Origin: Phallusia mammillata
Lineage: Eukaryota
DNA length: 64,000 nucleotides
Direction of reading: 5' to 3'
NCBI GenBank assembly: GCA_965637545.1
Contig: OZ281494.1
Coordinates: forward strand, 16,368,001-16,432,000
The position numbers were made by a program, and so were the translations under genes. Under the pieces are notes generated by a model. The model did no database searches. It saw only the letters and a program-made list of their open reading frames with translations, and was not told where the DNA came from. Within the stretch, counting starts at the first letter, position 1, and every line of letters begins with the position of its first letter. Of this stretch, positions 63,619 to 64,000 are shown one piece after another.

Positions 63619-64000
63619 GTTTCTACTTGCAGAAACAACCAAGGTTATAAAAGACAGTGGATGATATGGGACCCAATATAAAATAAGTGTAGGAAATATA
63701 TTAATGTTTTAAAATAGGTTATAGTGTATATGCAAGGGAAATATGTGCTAAGCCACCCTTCTAGTTTATTGACTGGATTGCTGACGATTGTACAGATTTT
63801 ATTGTGTTGGGTGCTAATATATTCGTTTCATTGGTTACACTGGCAAAATCCAGTTCCCACTATTCCGAAAACTTCGAGCCTAGTGAATATCGTACACTGC
63901 AAGTTTTCACGCACAAAATCTCAACGAATGGTAATAACATACTTCCGCAGGAATGGTACATAACAAATAAACAGATGCGCTGGATTGACTAAACGTTTTA

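Noticed and set aside
63724-63992. Possible first exon of a new + strand gene
   Set aside because: A plausible AG...GT pair exists, but there is no motif, paralog or second exon in the window to support it.
354-63992. Most + strand ORFs over the receptor cluster
   Set aside because: They are antisense shadows of minus-strand exons or AT-rich chance ORFs, mostly with non-ATG starts.

Overview
AT-rich eukaryotic genomic DNA with many short GT-AG introns (~55-80 nt). An invertebrate chordate such as an ascidian is the best fit, but that is inference. Positions 1-57,000 hold a tandemly duplicated, minus-strand cluster of related type-I membrane receptors. They share one exon-for-exon ectodomain plan: signal peptide, two degenerate C-type-lectin-like (CTLD) modules, two FN3-like modules, then a TM. 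They carry different cytoplasmic tails. P1 (9528-17466) and P2 (44129-51238) end in ITIM-like motifs plus an intact D1 and a degenerate D2 protein tyrosine phosphatase domain. X1, X2, Y1 (partial), Y2 and Z end (or, for Y1, are inferred to end) in short tails with a hemITAM-like (G/E)GD(D/G)GYE(T/S)V motif and further Tyr motifs. A secreted mini-collectin gene (5-6 Gly-X-Y triplets, neck, CTLD) sits upstream of each phosphatase gene. The layout resembles a paired activating/inhibitory lectin-receptor system under birth-and-death evolution: Y1 has lost its ATG, Z has a frameshift and C2 a premature stop. Copy A (1-23850) and copy B (34247-56982) differ by several TSD-flanked insertions. Between them lie gene Z and a 5'-truncated Penelope-like retroelement with inverted minimal hammerhead ribozymes. 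Right of the cluster is an 8-exon melatonin-receptor-like GPCR (+, 57958-62250). All gene models were spliced by hand; no database search was run.
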